Below, in pieces: positions 8,041 through 15,813 of a DNA stretch of 64,000 bases; within the stretch, counting starts at the first letter, position 1, and each line of letters begins with the position of its first letter. Location of the stretch: IMG/VR virus record IMGVR_UViG_3300018080_000171. One strand, 5' to 3'. This DNA is from a virus. The notes beneath the pieces were generated by a model. It made no database searches. It was not told the DNA's origin and saw nothing but the letters and a program-made list of their open reading frames with translations. The position numbers and the translations under genes were made by a program.

Positions 8041-8114
8041 AGCTATATGGTGTAATTGGCAAGCACGTATTTTTCATAAGAATAAAGATTAGGGTTCAAA
8101 TCCCTTTATAGCTA
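8041..8114 (+). tRNA. tRNA(CAT), second copy
   Basis: Acceptor AGCTATA/TATAGCT, D-stem GTGT/GCAC, anticodon stem TATTT/GAATA with loop TTCATAA, T-arm TAGGG-TTCAAAT-CCCTT. Confidence 0.55.
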
Positions 8115-8135
8115 TTTAATTTGTGGGTTGACAGA

Positions 8136-8198
8136 GTGTTGATTATCGTCTATTAAACGAGAGTTGCACGTTCGAATCGTGTCGTTCGCACCGTAAGG
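8136..8198 (+). ncRNA. tRNA-like 3' element, paralogue B (GTGGGTTG..AGAGTGTTGATTATCG... T-arm GCACG-TTCGAAT-CGTGT)
   Basis: Shares the 5' motif with the 6650 and 9561 elements and lacks an acceptor partner. Confidence 0.3.
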
Positions 8199-8199
8199 T

Positions 8200-8250
8200 G
8201 GAGCGTAGCTTAATTGGCAAAGCACTAAAAACTCAATGTTCAACTTTTTA
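8200..8250 (+). ncRNA. tRNA 5'-half-like element (GGAGCGTA-GCTT-AATTGGCA-AAGC-ACTAAAAACTCAA...)
   Basis: Homologous to the 6744-6790 element and has a D-arm-like fold. Confidence 0.3.
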
Positions 8251-8280
8251 TCCACAAATTATTTTATTAACTCTCATTGG

Positions 8281-8355
8281 GGAAGCCTGGTCATCCCGTC
8301 ACTTTTGGAAAGTGAAGAACTCAAGTTCGAATCTTGAATGAGAGAGTTATTTTAA
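8281..8355 (+). tRNA. tRNA-Pro(TGG), copy 2
   Basis: Acceptor CTCTCAT/ATGAGAG, D-stem GGGA/TCCC, anticodon stem TCACT/AGTGA with loop TTTGGAA, T-arm TCAAG-TTCGAAT-CTTGA. Confidence 0.65.
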
Positions 8356-8424
8356 TATTTTTTAAATCCGATTAAAGGGATTTGGACAAAAATCTCCAAT
8401 ACTATAAGTAGGACAAACTTATAT

Positions 8425-8979
8425 TTGAGGTCAGTTATGGATTTAAAGGAAATAGTACAAGAGAGTTATTCTATCGCAGAAGTAGGTAGAAAGCTAGGTT
8501 ATTCTTATTTTAATGGTAAAGTACGCAACGAAATAAAAATAAAAATTGGTGATATCGATTGTAGTCATTTTAAAAAGAATGGCGATTCACAAAAAAAATA
8601 CAAACATATAGAAAAAGATTGTCCTGTTTGTGGGGATAAGTTCACTACACAAGAGGGACATAAAAAAGAGAAGATAACTTGTTCTCATTCTTGTGCAAAT
8701 ACTTTTTTTAGAAGTGGTCCAGACCACGGGAACTGGAATGAAGACGCTTACAGAACAACTTGTTTTCACTATCATTATAAAAAATGTGTTTGTTGTAGCG
8801 AAGAAACTATAGTAGAAGTTCATCATATGGATGGAAATCATCAAAATAATGAACCTTCTAATTTAGTTCCGATGTGCCCAACACATCATCAGTATTGGCA
8901 TAGTAATTACAAATATGTAATTGAGGATTTAGTTATAGAGTACCATGTCAATTGGAAAAGAAGTAATAACGGGCTGTAG
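8425..8979 (+). CDS. HNH endonuclease (184 aa)
   Basis: C-terminal motif VHHMDGNHQNNEPSNLVPMCPTHH plus CxxC...C..C zinc-binding residues. Embedded in the tRNA array. Confidence 0.7.
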   Translation: MRSVMDLKEIVQESYSIAEVGRKLGYSYFNGKVRNEIKIKIGDIDCSHFKKNGDSQKKYKHIEKDCPVCGDKFTTQEGHKKEKITCSHSCANTFFRSGPDHGNWNEDAYRTTCFHYHYKKCVCCSEETIVEVHHMDGNHQNNEPSNLVPMCPTHHQYWHSNYKYVIEDLVIEYHVNWKRSNNGL

Positions 8980-9044
8980 CTCAGTTTGGTCAGAGCGTTC
9001 GGTTTGGGACCGAAAAGTCGGAAGTTCGAATCTTCTCAGCCCGA
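8970..9044 (+). tRNA. tRNA-Pro(TGG), copy 3
   Basis: Acceptor CGGGCTG/CAGCCCG, D-arm GCTC/GAGC, anticodon stem TTCGG/CCGAA with loop TTTGGGA, T-arm GGAAG-TTCGAAT-CTTCT. Confidence 0.65.
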
Positions 9045-9072
9045 TATAGTAGTAATTTTAGGAGATATAGAA

Positions 9073-9285
9073 ATGGCAGAAGTACAAATAGGTGGTTGTA
9101 GTTTAGGAATGGTTTTATTTATAGTCTTTTTAGTACTTAAATTGACTGGAGTTATAGCTTGGTCATGGTGGTGGGTTACTTGTCCTCTTTGGATAGGTCT
9201 TGCACTGTTCTTTGGTATTATAGCACTGGTATTATGTTTTGCTGGTGGACTTGTTGGGCTAGCTGCCTTATTCGGTAAAAAATAA
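9073..9285 (+). CDS. small membrane protein (71 aa)
   Basis: Start MAEVQ follows an AGGAGATA RBS. The longer listed ORF (from 8986) runs through the upstream tRNA. Two TM segments. Confidence 0.4.
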   Translation: MAEVQIGGCSLGMVLFIVFLVLKLTGVIAWSWWWVTCPLWIGLALFFGIIALVLCFAGGLVGLAALFGKK

Positions 9286-9291
9286 TTTACT

Positions 9292-9320
9292 TTGATAAGT
9301 GTTTTGGAAGTTGTTATACT
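9292..9320 (+). promoter_or_regulatory. sigma70 promoter TTGATA-N17-TATACT upstream of csp
   Basis: Consensus-like hexamers 34 nt upstream of the csp ATG. Confidence 0.5.
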
Positions 9321-9353
9321 AAATTTTTATAACACCGAAAAGGGAGTTTCTTT

Positions 9354-9554
9354 ATGAGTGAAGGCACTGTACGTTGGTTCAATTATCAAAAAGGTTATGG
9401 TTTTATTGAGTCAGATGAATTCGAGGGTGATGTTTTTTTACACCACTGTGCGTTCAAAGATCATGAGGACCAGATTCACGAAGGAAGCACTGTTATCTTC
9501 GATACTGAAGGTGGCGAAAAAGGATTAAAAGCAAAAAATGTAACACTGAAATAA
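9354..9554 (+). CDS. csp: cold-shock protein (CspA family)
   Basis: RNP1 KGYGFI and RNP2 VFLHH. TVRWFNYQKGYGFI matches the CSD consensus. 66 aa. Confidence 0.8.
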   Translation: MSEGTVRWFNYQKGYGFIESDEFEGDVFLHHCAFKDHEDQIHEGSTVIFDTEGGEKGLKAKNVTLK

Positions 9555-9560
9555 TATAAT

Positions 9561-9646
9561 GGGTTGTAGAATTGTTGGTTATCGGACTAAAACGATGATG
9601 GTGTAATAGCCTCATTGCCAGTGGGGTTCAAATCCTCACACCCTCG
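9561..9646 (+). ncRNA. tRNA-like element, paralogue C (GGGTTGTAGAATTGTTGGTTATCGG... T-arm TGGGG-TTCAAAT-CCTCA)
   Basis: Third copy of the GGGTTG..TTGTTGGTTATCG motif with a canonical T-arm. It does not fold as a standard tRNA. Confidence 0.3.
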
Positions 9647-9754
9647 AAAGAGGAACTTCCAATATTCCCTTTTTATCCATTATTTTTAACATTAAGCACC
9701 GAGGCGGGCTTTGCGGTCATAGAATAGCTAACTATGGTGTAGGTGCTTATTTTT

Positions 9755-9825
9755 GGGGCCCTGGTCCAATGGGAAGACATCTGGTTTGCAACCAGAAGAT
9801 ACGGGTTCAATTCCCGTGGGCATCC
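9755..9825 (+). tRNA. tRNA-Ala(TGC)
   Basis: Anticodon stem TCTGG/CCAGA with loop TTTGCAA, T-arm ACGGG-TTCAATT-CCCGT, acceptor GGGGCCC/GGGCATC with one mismatch. Confidence 0.5.
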
Positions 9826-9836
9826 ATTTTTATAAC

Positions 9837-9908
9837 ACTCCTGAAGCTTAGTCGGAGAAGCACTGGTCTTGTAAACCAGAGAACACAGTTCGAATCTGTG
9901 CGGGAGTA
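9837..9908 (+). tRNA. tRNA-Thr(TGT)
   Basis: Acceptor ACTCCTG/CGGGAGT, D-arm GCTT/AAGC, anticodon stem CTGGT/ACCAG with loop CTTGTAA, T-arm CACAG-TTCGAAT-CTGTG. Confidence 0.7.
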
Positions 9909-9913
9909 TTTTT

Positions 9914-9941
9914 TTGAAAGTGTTTTAATATATGTTATAAT
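9914..9941 (+). promoter_or_regulatory. sigma70-like promoter TTGAAAGTG-N-TATAAT
   Basis: Same family as the promoters at 1246 and 4148. Confidence 0.45.
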
Positions 9942-9960
9942 ACTTTCATAGCAAACATAT

Positions 9961-10040
9961 TTGATAATTGGTCTTTAAATAGTCTCACGACAGTTTTTAA
10001 CAGGCAACCGCCCCCCTTCGTCTGGGACCAATTATCTTTT
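9961..10040 (+). terminator. rho-independent terminator (11-bp stem GATAATTGGTC/GACCAATTATC followed by T8)
   Basis: Perfect long inverted repeat followed by a TTTTTTTT run. Confidence 0.55.
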
Positions 10041-10095
10041 TTTTCAATTATTTTAAGATTTCTCTTGACTTATCCCCAATATTTTTATATACTAT

Positions 10096-10167
10096 GTCCA
10101 ACGTAGTGTAATGGTAGCACATGAGTTTGTGGAACTTAGAGCGTGGGTTCGAATCCCATCGTTGGTC
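10096..10167 (+). tRNA. tRNA-His(GTG) with G-1
   Basis: Anticodon loop TTGTGGA. An extra 5' G pairs with the C73 discriminator, which is a His hallmark. T-arm GTGGG-TTCGAAT-CCCAT. Confidence 0.65.
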
Positions 10168-10191
10168 CTTTATTTAGGAAATAGAAGTATT

Positions 10192-10617
10192 ATGGAATAT
10201 AAAGATAATGGTAATAGTGATTTAAAGAACGGTTTTATTGCTTTGTGTATCTTTGGGTTAATAGTCTTAGGTATAAATTCTTGTTGTTCTTTAACTAAAA
10301 AGGGAGTAGAGAAAGCAGTTGTTGCGGAAAAAAATCACGAAGAGAAAGTAGCTGAATATAAAAGCTCTCGGGAATATAAGGATAAATTGGCCAGAGAAGA
10401 AAGATATTGGGCTTTATCTGATGAAGAAAGAGAAGCTATGGATGAAGCTGATGGTCTTTGGAAAGAAGGTGATTTCACTTTCGCAAGAGATGGTGAAACA
10501 TCATTTATAGAGTCCTGTTGCTGGGTCATATTCTGGCTCTTCTTTACTTCAGCTGCTTTCGCATTGATGCCAGAACTAGCAATACAAGAGTTGTTTGGTC
10601 ATAAGGATAGAAAATAA
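10192..10617 (+). CDS. membrane-anchored protein (141 aa; N- and C-terminal hydrophobic segments, Glu/Lys-rich middle)
   Basis: Start MEYKD follows a GGAAATAG RBS. The upstream extension of the listed ORF overlaps tRNA-His. Confidence 0.45.
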   Translation: MEYKDNGNSDLKNGFIALCIFGLIVLGINSCCSLTKKGVEKAVVAEKNHEEKVAEYKSSREYKDKLAREERYWALSDEEREAMDEADGLWKEGDFTFARDGETSFIESCCWVIFWLFFTSAAFALMPELAIQELFGHKDRK

Positions 10618-10650
10618 GTAGTAAAGATATACGATGAAAGATGAGAAAAA

Positions 10651-10690
10651 ATGGACCCTTAGTTCAATAGTAGAACGGGGTGCTCAATCT
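10651..10690 (+). ncRNA. tRNA 5'-half-like fragment (GGACCCTTAGTTCAATAGTAGAACGGGG...)
   Basis: Acceptor/D-arm-like sequence with no T-arm. Confidence 0.2.
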
Positions 10691-10705
10691 TTTAAAAATA
10701 AATAT

Positions 10706-10791
10706 TTGGAATAAGGCACTCTTAGCTCAGTCTGGCCTAGAGCGGCAAGCTCATAACTTGCGGGTCGTTGGTTCAAATCCAACAGGGTGCA
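10706..10791 (+). tRNA. tRNA-Met(CAT), third CAT tRNA
   Basis: Acceptor GCACTCT/AGGGTGC, D-arm GCTC/GAGC, anticodon stem GCAAG/CTTGC with loop CTCATAA, T-arm GTTGG-TTCAAAT-CCAAC. Confidence 0.7.
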
Positions 10792-11084
10792 TTATACTTT
10801 TAATGACCATACAGGGATACTTAAAATATCATTATCTAATTCCCAGTGGTGATTACCACATAGCAGAACCAAATTAGAAGGGTCATTTATCTCTTTTATT
10901 TTTGTATTTGGCGAAAAAACTTTAATATCTTTGATATGACAAGTTTCAACGTGTAAAGAATATGTTATTATATACGTAACACTTGTCCACCAGACACTAA
11001 AAAACTGAAACTTATAACACTGTAAATGATAATTTTGCGGGAATAAAAAATGATAACAGAAATTGATGAAATAGAGGATATATA

Positions 11085-11441
11085 ATGTCGCTTAATTCAC
11101 AAACAGTTGTTCTTCCTCGAAGAGAAGAAAATCTTGTCGCTATTGTTAAATTTAATAGTAGAGGTGAAGAAAAAGATGGTATGAAAAATATTGTCCAGGG
11201 AATTACTAATTGGGTAAAACATACTGAAGAAGGTAAAGCCGCTTGGAGATATACAGTTGGCGATCTTAATATAGGAGATTTAGATTCCTATCTGGATCCT
11301 AGACATAATGTATTGTACCAGTATCTTAACAAACAAGGCATTTACAATCTTGATATTCATATCATAGGCACAGGCGATTATGCCAGAGACTATCACTATG
11401 ACACTATATTGGTAGATGAATTACAGTTGGATGAAGAGTAG
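11085..11441 (+). CDS. hypothetical protein (118 aa)
   Basis: ATG ORF preceded by a CACCAGACAC motif (about 10981) and a GAGGATATATA RBS. Confidence 0.5.
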   Translation: MSLNSQTVVLPRREENLVAIVKFNSRGEEKDGMKNIVQGITNWVKHTEEGKAAWRYTVGDLNIGDLDSYLDPRHNVLYQYLNKQGIYNLDIHIIGTGDYARDYHYDTILVDELQLDEE

Positions 11442-11510
11442 TCCACCAGACACTTAAAAATCGAATCTTATAACACCGAATGGTAATTTATTTTATTAAA
11501 GGGTTTAAAA

Positions 11511-11708
11511 ATGAGTAACATGAGATATTGTATGTTTCAGAAAACAGTTGGCGATATGGAAGATTGTATCGAAAGAATCGATGAAAACGATGTAAGCGAC
11601 CTCTCTGATGAAGAGCAGACAGCATATGAAGAGTTCATTGAGCATTGCGTTAATATCGCTATCGATCATGGTCACGTTATTAACAGAGAGTGTGAAGAAG
11701 TAAATTAA
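11511..11708 (+). CDS. small acidic protein (65 aa)
   Basis: ATG ORF downstream of a promoter motif. Confidence 0.45.
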   Translation: MSNMRYCMFQKTVGDMEDCIERIDENDVSDLSDEEQTAYEEFIEHCVNIAIDHGHVINRECEEVN

Positions 11709-11720
11709 AAAGGTTTAAAA

Positions 11721-11927
11721 ATGAAGATTTGGCTAACAATTAAGTTTATTGTAGCATGTATATCAGGTTGTGTTCTAACGAGAGGTTTCCGAGATGTATT
11801 AGGGATGAATCATGCCTTTTTTGGTCTTGTTCATTTCATTCTTAATTGGGCTTGGATAAGTTATTGTTGGAATTTTTATTTTCCGGAAAAAGTTAACACT
11901 GATATCGATTTCAAGGATTTAAAATGA
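11721..11927 (+). CDS. small membrane protein (68 aa)
   Basis: Hydrophobic ORF. Confidence 0.4.
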   Translation: MKIWLTIKFIVACISGCVLTRGFRDVLGMNHAFFGLVHFILNWAWISYCWNFYFPEKVNTDIDFKDLK

Positions 11928-12169
11928 GTAAATCAGAGAACGAAAAAATTGCAGCACTGCTTCGGAAAGATAGTTTAGAAGACTTATGTAGTCTACTTAC
12001 TGACCCTTGCGATGGTTGTGACGTTGACAGTAATAGATGTTCTAGTCCTATCACTTGTGGTTACACCGAACAAGATGGTTTAAGAATTGGTGCTCAGCAC
12101 GCAATGATTGAGTTAAGAAGACGAAAAGAAATTATAGATAGAGCATTACACGCGGGTAAAGATTATTAG
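11924..12169 (+). CDS. hypothetical protein (81 aa); its 3' end overlaps tRNA-Lys
   Basis: ATGA start overlaps the previous stop. Confidence 0.45.
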   Translation: MSKSENEKIAALLRKDSLEDLCSLLTDPCDGCDVDSNRCSSPITCGYTEQDGLRIGAQHAMIELRRRKEIIDRALHAGKDY

Positions 12170-12226
12170 GTAAATCACCTGCCTCTTAAGCAGGAGTCTT
12201 CTCGGTTCAAATCCGAGTACCCGCAA
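12152..12226 (+). tRNA. tRNA-Lys(CTT)
   Basis: Acceptor GCGGGTA/TACCCGC, anticodon stem CCTGC/GCAGG with loop CTCTTAA, T-arm CTCGG-TTCAAAT-CCGAG. Paralogue of tRNA-Lys(TTT). Confidence 0.65.
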
Positions 12227-12294
12227 TTAAAATAGAAAAGTGGTGAATCTTTGATGATACCAACCTAGGTAAGGGTATATAAAGGGATAATCTT

Positions 12295-12366
12295 GGCATA
12301 TAGTGTAAAAAGGCCGCACGCTGACGTTAAAGTCGGTAGTGAAGTTCGAATCTTCTATGTCCTCTA
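12295..12366 (+). tRNA. degenerate tRNA-like gene (anticodon-arm candidate CTGAC-GTTAAAG-GTCGG, giving TAA; acceptor does not pair)
   Basis: T-arm GAAG-TTCGAAT-CTTC is present. The acceptor strands are not complementary. Confidence 0.25.
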
Positions 12367-12376
12367 TTTTTATTAT

Positions 12377-12460
12377 GTTCGTGTGTCCGAATGGCTAAGG
12401 AGGCGGTCTGCAAAGCCGTTAACCCCGAAAGGGATGTGGGTTCGAATCCCACCACGAACT
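12377..12460 (+). tRNA. class-II tRNA with anticodon GCA (a Cys anticodon on a long-variable-arm scaffold)
   Basis: Perfect acceptor GTTCGTG/CACGAAC, D-stem TCC/GGA, anticodon stem GCGGT/GCCGT with loop CTGCAAA, variable hairpin CCCC-GAAA-GGG, T-arm GTGGG-TTCGAAT-CCCAC. Confidence 0.45.
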
Positions 12461-12467
12461 TTTATGG

Positions 12468-12625
12468 AAAACGAAGAAGAAAAAACTGAAGAAATTTGTA
12501 AATGGTGTCATTATGGTAAATATGACCCTTATGAAGATACAATAACCTGTATAATGACAGGTGATATTGTTGAAGAAGATGAGTTTTGTGGTGATTGGGA
12601 AGATTGGGAAGATTATACTTTATAA
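12468..12625 (+). CDS. small Cys-rich acidic protein (52 aa)
   Basis: Starts MENEEEK. The longer listed ORF from 12293 runs through two tRNAs. Confidence 0.3.
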
Positions 12626-13147
12626 AACGTTATGTTAACAGACGAAGATAAAAAAGAATACGAACTCGCATTAAGACAGGGTAAAAAGAGATTTGGCTCT
12701 CTTTGTTTTCATGCAAAAGTTCAAAATGGTAAGTGCTTGCACTGCTTTAGAAAAGTAATAAAGGATAAAAAATGAATAATTGGACAAAATATATCATATC
12801 TCAGACTGTATTATGTATTGTATATGGTGGAGTAGTAGCACTAATAGGTCTATCTCCATTAGCCGGTTTTGCCGGTGGTATAATTTTTGGAGCTATCAGC
12901 ATGGCTTCTCTTATGGCATATTTTGATTTACCTTAAAATAGGAACTCAATTTCATGAGGCAACACAATGGCACAAGATTTTTATGGTAAAACAATTAGAA
13001 CCGGCGATACTGTTCGTAAAGTTGGCAGTTCAAACGATTACACTGTAATTAAGATTGCATCAAGTTCAGGTAGCGAATTACTTGATATCGATGGAACTTG
13101 GACTGAATACGGGGTTCAGCCCGAAAATGTAATAATACAATAGATAA

Positions 13148-13232
13148 GCTCAAGTGGCGAAATTGGCAGACGCGGCAGACTAAGAATCTGTTTCCCATTA
13201 AGGGAGTGGAGGTTCAAATCCTCTCTTGAGTA
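13148..13232 (+). tRNA. class-II tRNA-Leu-like (anticodon loop CTAAGAA, read as AAG)
   Basis: Acceptor GCTCAAG/CTTGAGT, D-arm GCG-AAATTGGCAGA-CGC, anticodon stem GCAGA/TCTGT, variable hairpin CCC-ATTA-AGGG, T-arm GGAGG-TTCAAAT-CCTCT. Confidence 0.4.
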
Positions 13233-13240
13233 TTTTTAAC

Positions 13241-13324
13241 GCTCTCTTGGCGAAATTGGCAGACGCATATGGTTTAAGCCCGTATATCCGTAAGGATGTC
13301 CCGGTTCGACTCCGGGAGGGAGTA
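13241..13324 (+). tRNA. tRNA-Leu(TAA), class II
   Basis: Acceptor GCTCTCT/AGGGAGT, the same D-arm as the previous tRNA, 6-bp anticodon stem ATATGG/CCGTAT with loop TTTAAGC, variable hairpin ATCC-GTAA-GGAT, T-arm CCCGG-TTCGACT-CCGGG. Confidence 0.55.
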
Positions 13325-13354
13325 TTAAGAATGGTAGGCTTTCTAAATAATTAA

Positions 13355-13837
13355 AGGAAGCCTACCTTTTATGTAGATTGGTCAGAATATTCCATTATAT
13401 CCTCTCTTAAGCCTCACCTTATTGCCAAGCGTGGTCACAAATGTGAGAAATGCGGTTTAGAGAAATGGTTAGAAAGCCCTATTCCTCTTGAGGTAGATCA
13501 TATATCAGGCGATAGGACAGACAACCAAGAGAGCAATTTAACGCTCTTATGCTGCAACTGTCACGCTCTGACACCGACTTGGAGAGGAAGAAAAAATAAG
13601 AAAGAGCCAATAAAATACCATTGTAGTAAATGCGAAAAAGAGATAACAAGTACTTCTAAAAGTGGATTATGTGTTAAATGTGTAAAAACAACTATTTCGG
13701 CTGATATGCATTATAGGAAAGTGAAGAATAGACCTTCTGTAGAGCAACTGAAGAAAGAAATAAAAGAAACAAGTTACGCAGCTTGTGGTAGAAAATATGG
13801 AGTTTCCGATAACTCTATTCGAAAATGGATAAAATAA
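13355..13837 (+). CDS. HNH homing endonuclease with no canonical start codon in frame (possible pseudogene or non-ATG start)
   Basis: Frame encodes ...KCEKCGLEKWLESPIPLEVDHISGDRTDNQESNLTLLCCNCHALT... plus a second CxxC pair. There is no ATG, GTG or TTG between the upstream stop (13352-54) and the motif. It ends 1 nt before a tRNA. Confidence 0.4.
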   Translation, partial: RKPTFYVDWSEYSIISSLKPHLIAKRGHKCEKCGLEKWLESPIPLEVDHISGDRTDNQESNLTLLCCNCHALTPTWRGRKNKKEPIKYHCSKCEKEITSTSKSGLCVKCVKTTISADMHYRKVKNRPSVEQLKKEIKETSYAACGRKYGVSDNSIRKWIK

Positions 13838-13912
13838 GCCGGGGTAGCCCAACTGGCAAGAGGCGTTAGTTTTAGAAACTAAAGGTTGGGGGTTCAACTC
13901 CCCCTCCCGGTA
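13838..13912 (+). tRNA. type-I tRNA with anticodon TAG (a Leu CUA-reading anticodon on a short-variable-loop scaffold)
   Basis: Acceptor GCCGGGG/TCCCGGT, anticodon stem TTAGT/ACTAA with loop TTTAGAA, 5-nt variable loop, T-arm GGGGG-TTCAACT-CCCCC. Confidence 0.45.
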
Positions 13913-13978
13913 TTTAACTATTCACCAGACACTTAAAAATCGAATTTTATAGGAGTGTTAATAATAATTTGTTCAAGG

Positions 13979-14566
13979 ATGGTTATGGATTTGTTTGTAA
14001 AAAATTTAGAAGAGATAAGACAGATAGCAACTAAGTTGCATTTTATACATGGTAAACGCTATGAGGTTAATGAGCTGATCAATGCATCTTATATTTTATT
14101 CAAAAGAGCTATTACTAATAATCCTACATTGTTAGAAAAACAGTTCTCTAAACTAACTACTCTCCTTTTCAGGGTTAAATCTGATATGAAATGTTACATT
14201 AGAGATGAGACTAATTTTCGGATACAAGAAAGATTGGTAGCAAAAGGTATAGAAGTACCTATGTTTCAGAATGCTTCTTTCCAAAAAGAATACGAAGAAG
14301 ATACTATTCCTTTTGAACCTTCTAACACTGAATCTGGTTTTGAGGAATTTGAAGTAAGTGATTTTCTAGATAAACTTTTTATGGAAGTTCATTTAGAAAA
14401 TGATGAGTGGGATATAATTCAAGGTTATTTCTATGATGAAAAGGAATTAAAACAAATCGGTCAAGAGATAGGCAAGGCTGAATGTACTATTTCTACTAAA
14501 AAGAAAAAGATGTTAACAAAGATGAGGCCAACTGCACTTAAGTTAAGAGAATCTATTTTAAAATAA
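13979..14566 (+). CDS. sigma-factor-like protein (region-4-like HTH at the C-terminus)
   Basis: The C-terminal ELKQIGQEIGKAECTISTKKKKMLTKMR resembles a sigma70 region 4.2 HTH. It is preceded by a CACCAGACAC motif (about 13922). The listed ORF starts at a GTG at 13955. Confidence 0.4.
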   Translation: MVMDLFVKNLEEIRQIATKLHFIHGKRYEVNELINASYILFKRAITNNPTLLEKQFSKLTTLLFRVKSDMKCYIRDETNFRIQERLVAKGIEVPMFQNASFQKEYEEDTIPFEPSNTESGFEEFEVSDFLDKLFMEVHLENDEWDIIQGYFYDEKELKQIGQEIGKAECTISTKKKKMLTKMRPTALKLRESILK

Positions 14567-14580
14567 TGTTAAAAAAGTTG

Positions 14581-14608
14581 TTGACTTATTCTGAAAAGAT
14601 GATATAAT
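14581..14608 (+). promoter_or_regulatory. sigma70 promoter TTGACT-N16-TATAAT
   Basis: Consensus hexamers upstream of the tRNA-Glu(CTC) cluster. Confidence 0.5.
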
Positions 14609-14685
14609 AGAAAACAGATTAGAGGGTAGACCCTTTATGAGTGGTTTGGTTCAGCCTTCCACGGTAAAAAAATGGCTGAGCTGAA

Positions 14686-14758
14686 GCTCTCGTCTTCTAG
14701 TCGGGTAGGATGCGACCCTCTCAAGGTTGCGACATGGGTTCAAATCCCATCGAGAGTA
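14686..14758 (+). tRNA. tRNA-Glu(CTC)
   Basis: Homologous to the 5284 copy. Anticodon stem CGACC/GGTTG with loop CTCTCAA, canonical T-arm ATGGG-TTCAAAT-CCCAT, acceptor GCTCTCG/CGAGAGT. Confidence 0.55.
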
Positions 14759-14764
14759 TTATAA

Positions 14765-14897
14765 GTATTGAGATAGTGCTTTTTGTTCTATTGCACCGTA
14801 TCCTTCGCAGAGGCTACGAGAATAAAAGGGGAAGTAGAGTCTTGAATGCAACAAGGCGAGGGTCACAGAATACTCCGTATCTTGATACTTATTTTAT
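14765..14897 (+). ncRNA. roughly 130-nt structured spacer between tRNAs (candidate small RNA)
   Basis: GC-richer than its flanks, with multiple short hairpins. There is no ORF; the listed 65-aa ORF overlaps the tRNAs. Confidence 0.2.
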
Positions 14898-14981
14898 GCA
14901 CGCATAGTCTAATTGGATAAGGCACTGGTCTTCTAAACCAGCGGGAGTAATCCTTTCCAGGTTCGAGTCCTGGTGCGTGTG
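14898..14981 (+). tRNA. class-II tRNA with anticodon TCT (an Arg anticodon on a long-variable-arm scaffold)
   Basis: Acceptor GCACGCA/TGCGTGT, perfect anticodon stem CTGGT/ACCAG with loop CTTCTAA, variable arm about 17 nt, T-arm CCAGG-TTCGAGT-CCTGG. Confidence 0.4.
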
Positions 14982-15240
14982 TTATGAATAATTATAGAGG
15001 CATAACATATTTTAAATTTCTAGACAACCGTTTTTTTCATTGGCTGTTTAAGAAATATTTCTGTAAAAAGAATATTCACCTATTCGATGAGTGCGAATCT
15101 ATTGAATGGCACTTTTTGTCTTGCGACGCTTGTGGCTTAGAGGTTCATATCAAAAAAATAATTGAAGAGAAGGATTCCGACATAGAAGATATGGAAATAA
15201 GGAATGATATAAAAGCTCCTGAAGCTTAAATGGATGAAGC

Positions 15241-15314
15241 ACCCTTATAGTATAACAGGATAGAACAATTGCCTCCTAAGCTTTATGTCCTGGTTCGAGT
15301 CCAGGTAAGGGTAA
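15241..15314 (+). tRNA. tRNA, anticodon unresolved (candidate loop CTCCTAA, read as CCT)
   Basis: Perfect acceptor ACCCTTA/TAAGGGT and T-arm CCTGG-TTCGAGT-CCAGG. The interior stems are mismatched. Confidence 0.4.
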
Positions 15315-15436
15315 TAAAAAATATTGGATAAAAAAGAAGTGATAGTAGCTTATGTCTGTAAAAGAAGTTTCGAATCGTTATTTTTTACACCAGATGAAAG
15401 AAAAAACTATAATATTATTGTTAAGAAAGTAAAAAA

Positions 15437-15646
15437 ATGAAACACGAAATCGAAGAAGCAACAAGAGCAATCTTAAGACAATCAATCACGGCTGCTCGAA
15501 GTAAATTTAACTTAAATCGCAAAGATGCTGAAAGTTATGTTCGCAGAAATCTTGGCACTTGCGATGTCCACGATGCTTTGATGGAAGCTATTGCGGATGA
15601 CATTGCCGAACAAAAAGAGTATGAAAAAGGCATGAAAGATATATAA
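15437..15646 (+). CDS. small hypothetical protein (69 aa)
   Basis: ATG ORF lying between tRNAs. Confidence 0.4.
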   Translation: MKHEIEEATRAILRQSITAARSKFNLNRKDAESYVRRNLGTCDVHDALMEAIADDIAEQKEYEKGMKDI

Positions 15647-15729
15647 GCCCGCGTAGCTCAGTCCGGATTAGAGCAGTACGCTACGAACGTAAAGGTCAGG
15701 AGTTCAAATCTCTTCGCGGGTATTTATTG
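15647..15729 (+). tRNA. tRNA-Arg(ACG)
   Basis: Acceptor GCCCGCG/CGCGGGT, D-arm GCTC-AGTCCGGATTA-GAGC, anticodon loop CTACGAA, T-arm AGGAG-TTCAAAT-CTCTT. Confidence 0.65.
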
Positions 15730-15737
15730 CCCGAGTA

Positions 15738-15813
15738 ACGCAAATTGGCATCGCTCTGATACTCAAAGCATCAGGTTTGTGAGTTCGACTCTCACCTCGG
15801 GTACTTATTTTAA
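15738..15813 (+). tRNA. type-I tRNA with candidate anticodon CAA (a Leu UUG-reading anticodon; loop CTCAAAG)
   Basis: Acceptor GCCCGAG/CTCGGGT, T-arm GTGAG-TTCGACT-CTCAC. The anticodon stem has an A:C closing pair. Confidence 0.4.

Noticed and set aside
8986-12625. Extended N-termini of listed ORFs 8986-9285, 10111-10617 and 12293-12625
   Set aside because: The upstream parts run through tRNA genes. Shorter internal starts with RBS-like sequences were used instead.
13838-13912. The tRNA with a TAG anticodon as an amber suppressor, or the window using TAG/TGA stop-codon recoding
   Set aside because: Anticodon 5'-UAG-3' reads CUA (Leu), not the UAG stop; a suppressor would need CUA. ORFs terminate normally at TAA, TAG and TGA with no long in-frame stop-containing frames.
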